Assembly: GCA_903925005.1 (NCBI GenBank) | Contig: CAIYDX010000399.1 | Location: 21,867-85,866, forward strand | DNA length: 64,000 bases | Direction of reading: 5' to 3' | Source: an uncultured Geobacteraceae bacterium | Lineage (GTDB): Bacteria; Desulfobacterota; Desulfuromonadia; Geobacterales; Pseudopelobacteraceae | Shown: piece by piece, positions 63,140-64,000 of the stretch | Numbering within the stretch: position 1 is the stretch's first letter | Layout: each line of letters starts with the position of its first letter | Notes under the pieces: generated by a model | What the model was told of the DNA's origin: nothing | The model's database searches: none | What the model saw: the letters and a program-made list of their open reading frames with translations, nothing else | Position numbers and translations under genes: made by a program

Positions 63140-64000
63140 CTAATACGTTGTCTCCATGACTGTCATCTTGATACGACCGATAACTGCAATTATGGGAGCC
63201 AAATCTTCCGGAAGATGTCCTTCAAGTAGCTTCAGGTGAGTGGGATCGGCCGGAAGCTGATTGTAGGTCGGATCAACAGAAACCCAGTGATCGTCTATAT
63301 AGCTTTCTGCCCAGCTGTGATAGAGAAAACCTTTCCCTTCCAAATGCACCAAGCCGGACACAAAGCGGGTCGGAATGCCGGCAGCCCGTGCCAGGGCGGT
63401 ATACAAACGGGCGTGCGTTTGACAGTTGCCGCTTTTCGATGTGAAGCTCTCGACGGCGCTACCCCCGTCATCAATGCTGTTTTTCAGCCACCCCGCAGTC
63501 CAAGAAGCCAGAGCCGCAGCCTGCTCTCTCCGGTTGTTGATTCCCGCAGTCAGAGCTATGGCCTGAGCCTTGATAAACGGAGCATCGGACTCAATTTTGT
63601 CGGCCGGTTTCTGCTGTGCATCTGTCGGTTTTTGCGCTACTGACTCCGGAGATATCTGAGCCAGAGAACCTGTTTTGAAAAGCACTCGGCCATTACCCCG
63701 CTTTTCTACCTGTTGCCCCCCCTCTTGCAGAATCGGGAGTGCATCATTCCAATTGCTGACCTCTATTGCGAGGCCGGTCAACTTCTTTTGATCTTTGAGC
63801 GGTGGTTGAATGCGCACCAAGCTGAAGTCAAATATCAGGTCCTTCTTCGCAAGCGCCCAGCCGCTGATAAAAGGGCCCAGAACATTGGGTTGTTCCGCTT
63901 TTGTTGTTACCAGCCCTTCACGAACCGATTCCTCCAGCGTATTTCCCTGTTCATCGACCCAGATATCATTGTTTACAAAGGGATACAGATTGTTGCGAAG
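63140..64000 (-). CDS. Transglutaminase-like (Cys-His-Asp core) domain protein; the 5' end lies outside the window
   Basis: Core residues SGNCQTHARLY, YHSWAESY and VSVDPT. The frame stays open upstream of the listed TTG at 63820 through to position 64000. Confidence 0.8.
   Translation of the reverse strand, partial: LRNNLYPFVNNDIWVDEQGNTLEESVREGLVTTKAEQPNVLGPFISGWALAKKDLIFDFSLVRIQPPLKDQKKLTGLAIEVSNWNDALPILQEGGQQVEKRGNGRVLFKTGSLAQISPESVAQKPTDAQQKPADKIESDAPFIKAQAIALTAGINNRREQAAALASWTAGWLKNSIDDGGSAVESFTSKSGNCQTHARLYTALARAAGIPTRFVSGLVHLEGKGFLYHSWAESYIDDHWVSVDPTYNQLPADPTHLKLLEGHLPEDLAPIIAVIGRIKMTVMETTY

Noticed and set aside
1-64000. Mobile elements, prophage or defence islands, rRNA/tRNA genes
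   Set aside because: No transposase, integrase, phage or restriction-type ORFs were seen, and no non-coding gap is long or structured enough for a tRNA or rRNA. The largest gaps (16495-16818 and 59268-59639) were read and do not fold as a tRNA cloverleaf by eye.

Overview
This 64-kb window is densely coding chromosomal DNA. Gene content and order suggest a Desulfuromonadales/Geobacter-like deltaproteobacterium, but that is inference only. I saw no rRNA, tRNA, CRISPR array, transposase or integrase.

Plus-strand run, about 1.6-49.8 kb:
- dapF
- a partial type II secretion core, gspC-D-E-F only
- a FliK-domain protein translationally coupled to a stand-alone FlhB C-terminal-domain mini-protein
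- a phosphohexomutase
- cheY, cheX and a CheX-like/pseudo-receiver hybrid
- an AMIN+TPR protein
- a large flagellar cluster behind a sigma54-type promoter: flgBC, fliEFGHIJ, a MotE/YlxF-like gene, fliK, flgD, a TIGR02530-like gene, flgE, fliLMNOPQR, flhB
- only 16 nt further on, an RND efflux operon (adaptor, pump, TolC) with a fused pabB-pabC gene embedded in it
- a PfkB kinase, a PilW-like TPR lipoprotein and rodZ
- a response regulator, Usp and hybrid histidine kinase set
- a FAD-dependent oxidoreductase

Minus-strand run, about 49.8-59.3 kb: lon, mlaE, an EVE-domain gene, mlaF, mlaD, two secreted M16 peptidases, a hemerythrin, and an orphan ORF upstream of lon.

Window end: a small orphan transcription unit, a HIT-M16 pair, and a minus-strand transglutaminase-like/cheW/cheX/PilZ array.

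Observations most worth follow-up:
1. fliR and flhB lie in the same frame, separated only by a UGA-C stop. The conserved FlhB N-terminus has no start codon of its own.
2. A soluble FliK-like/FlhB-CC-like gene pair sits next to the T2SS genes.
3. FliK is 1106 aa with nested tandem repeats, and FlgE is 650 aa with an Ala/Thr/Asn-rich repetitive insert.
4. An EVE-domain gene and a pabBC gene are each translationally coupled inside transporter operons.
5. A promoter/SD/20-codon sORF/terminator unit lies at 59.33-59.54 kb.

All calls rest on reading the translated ORFs and the DNA by eye. No database search was run.
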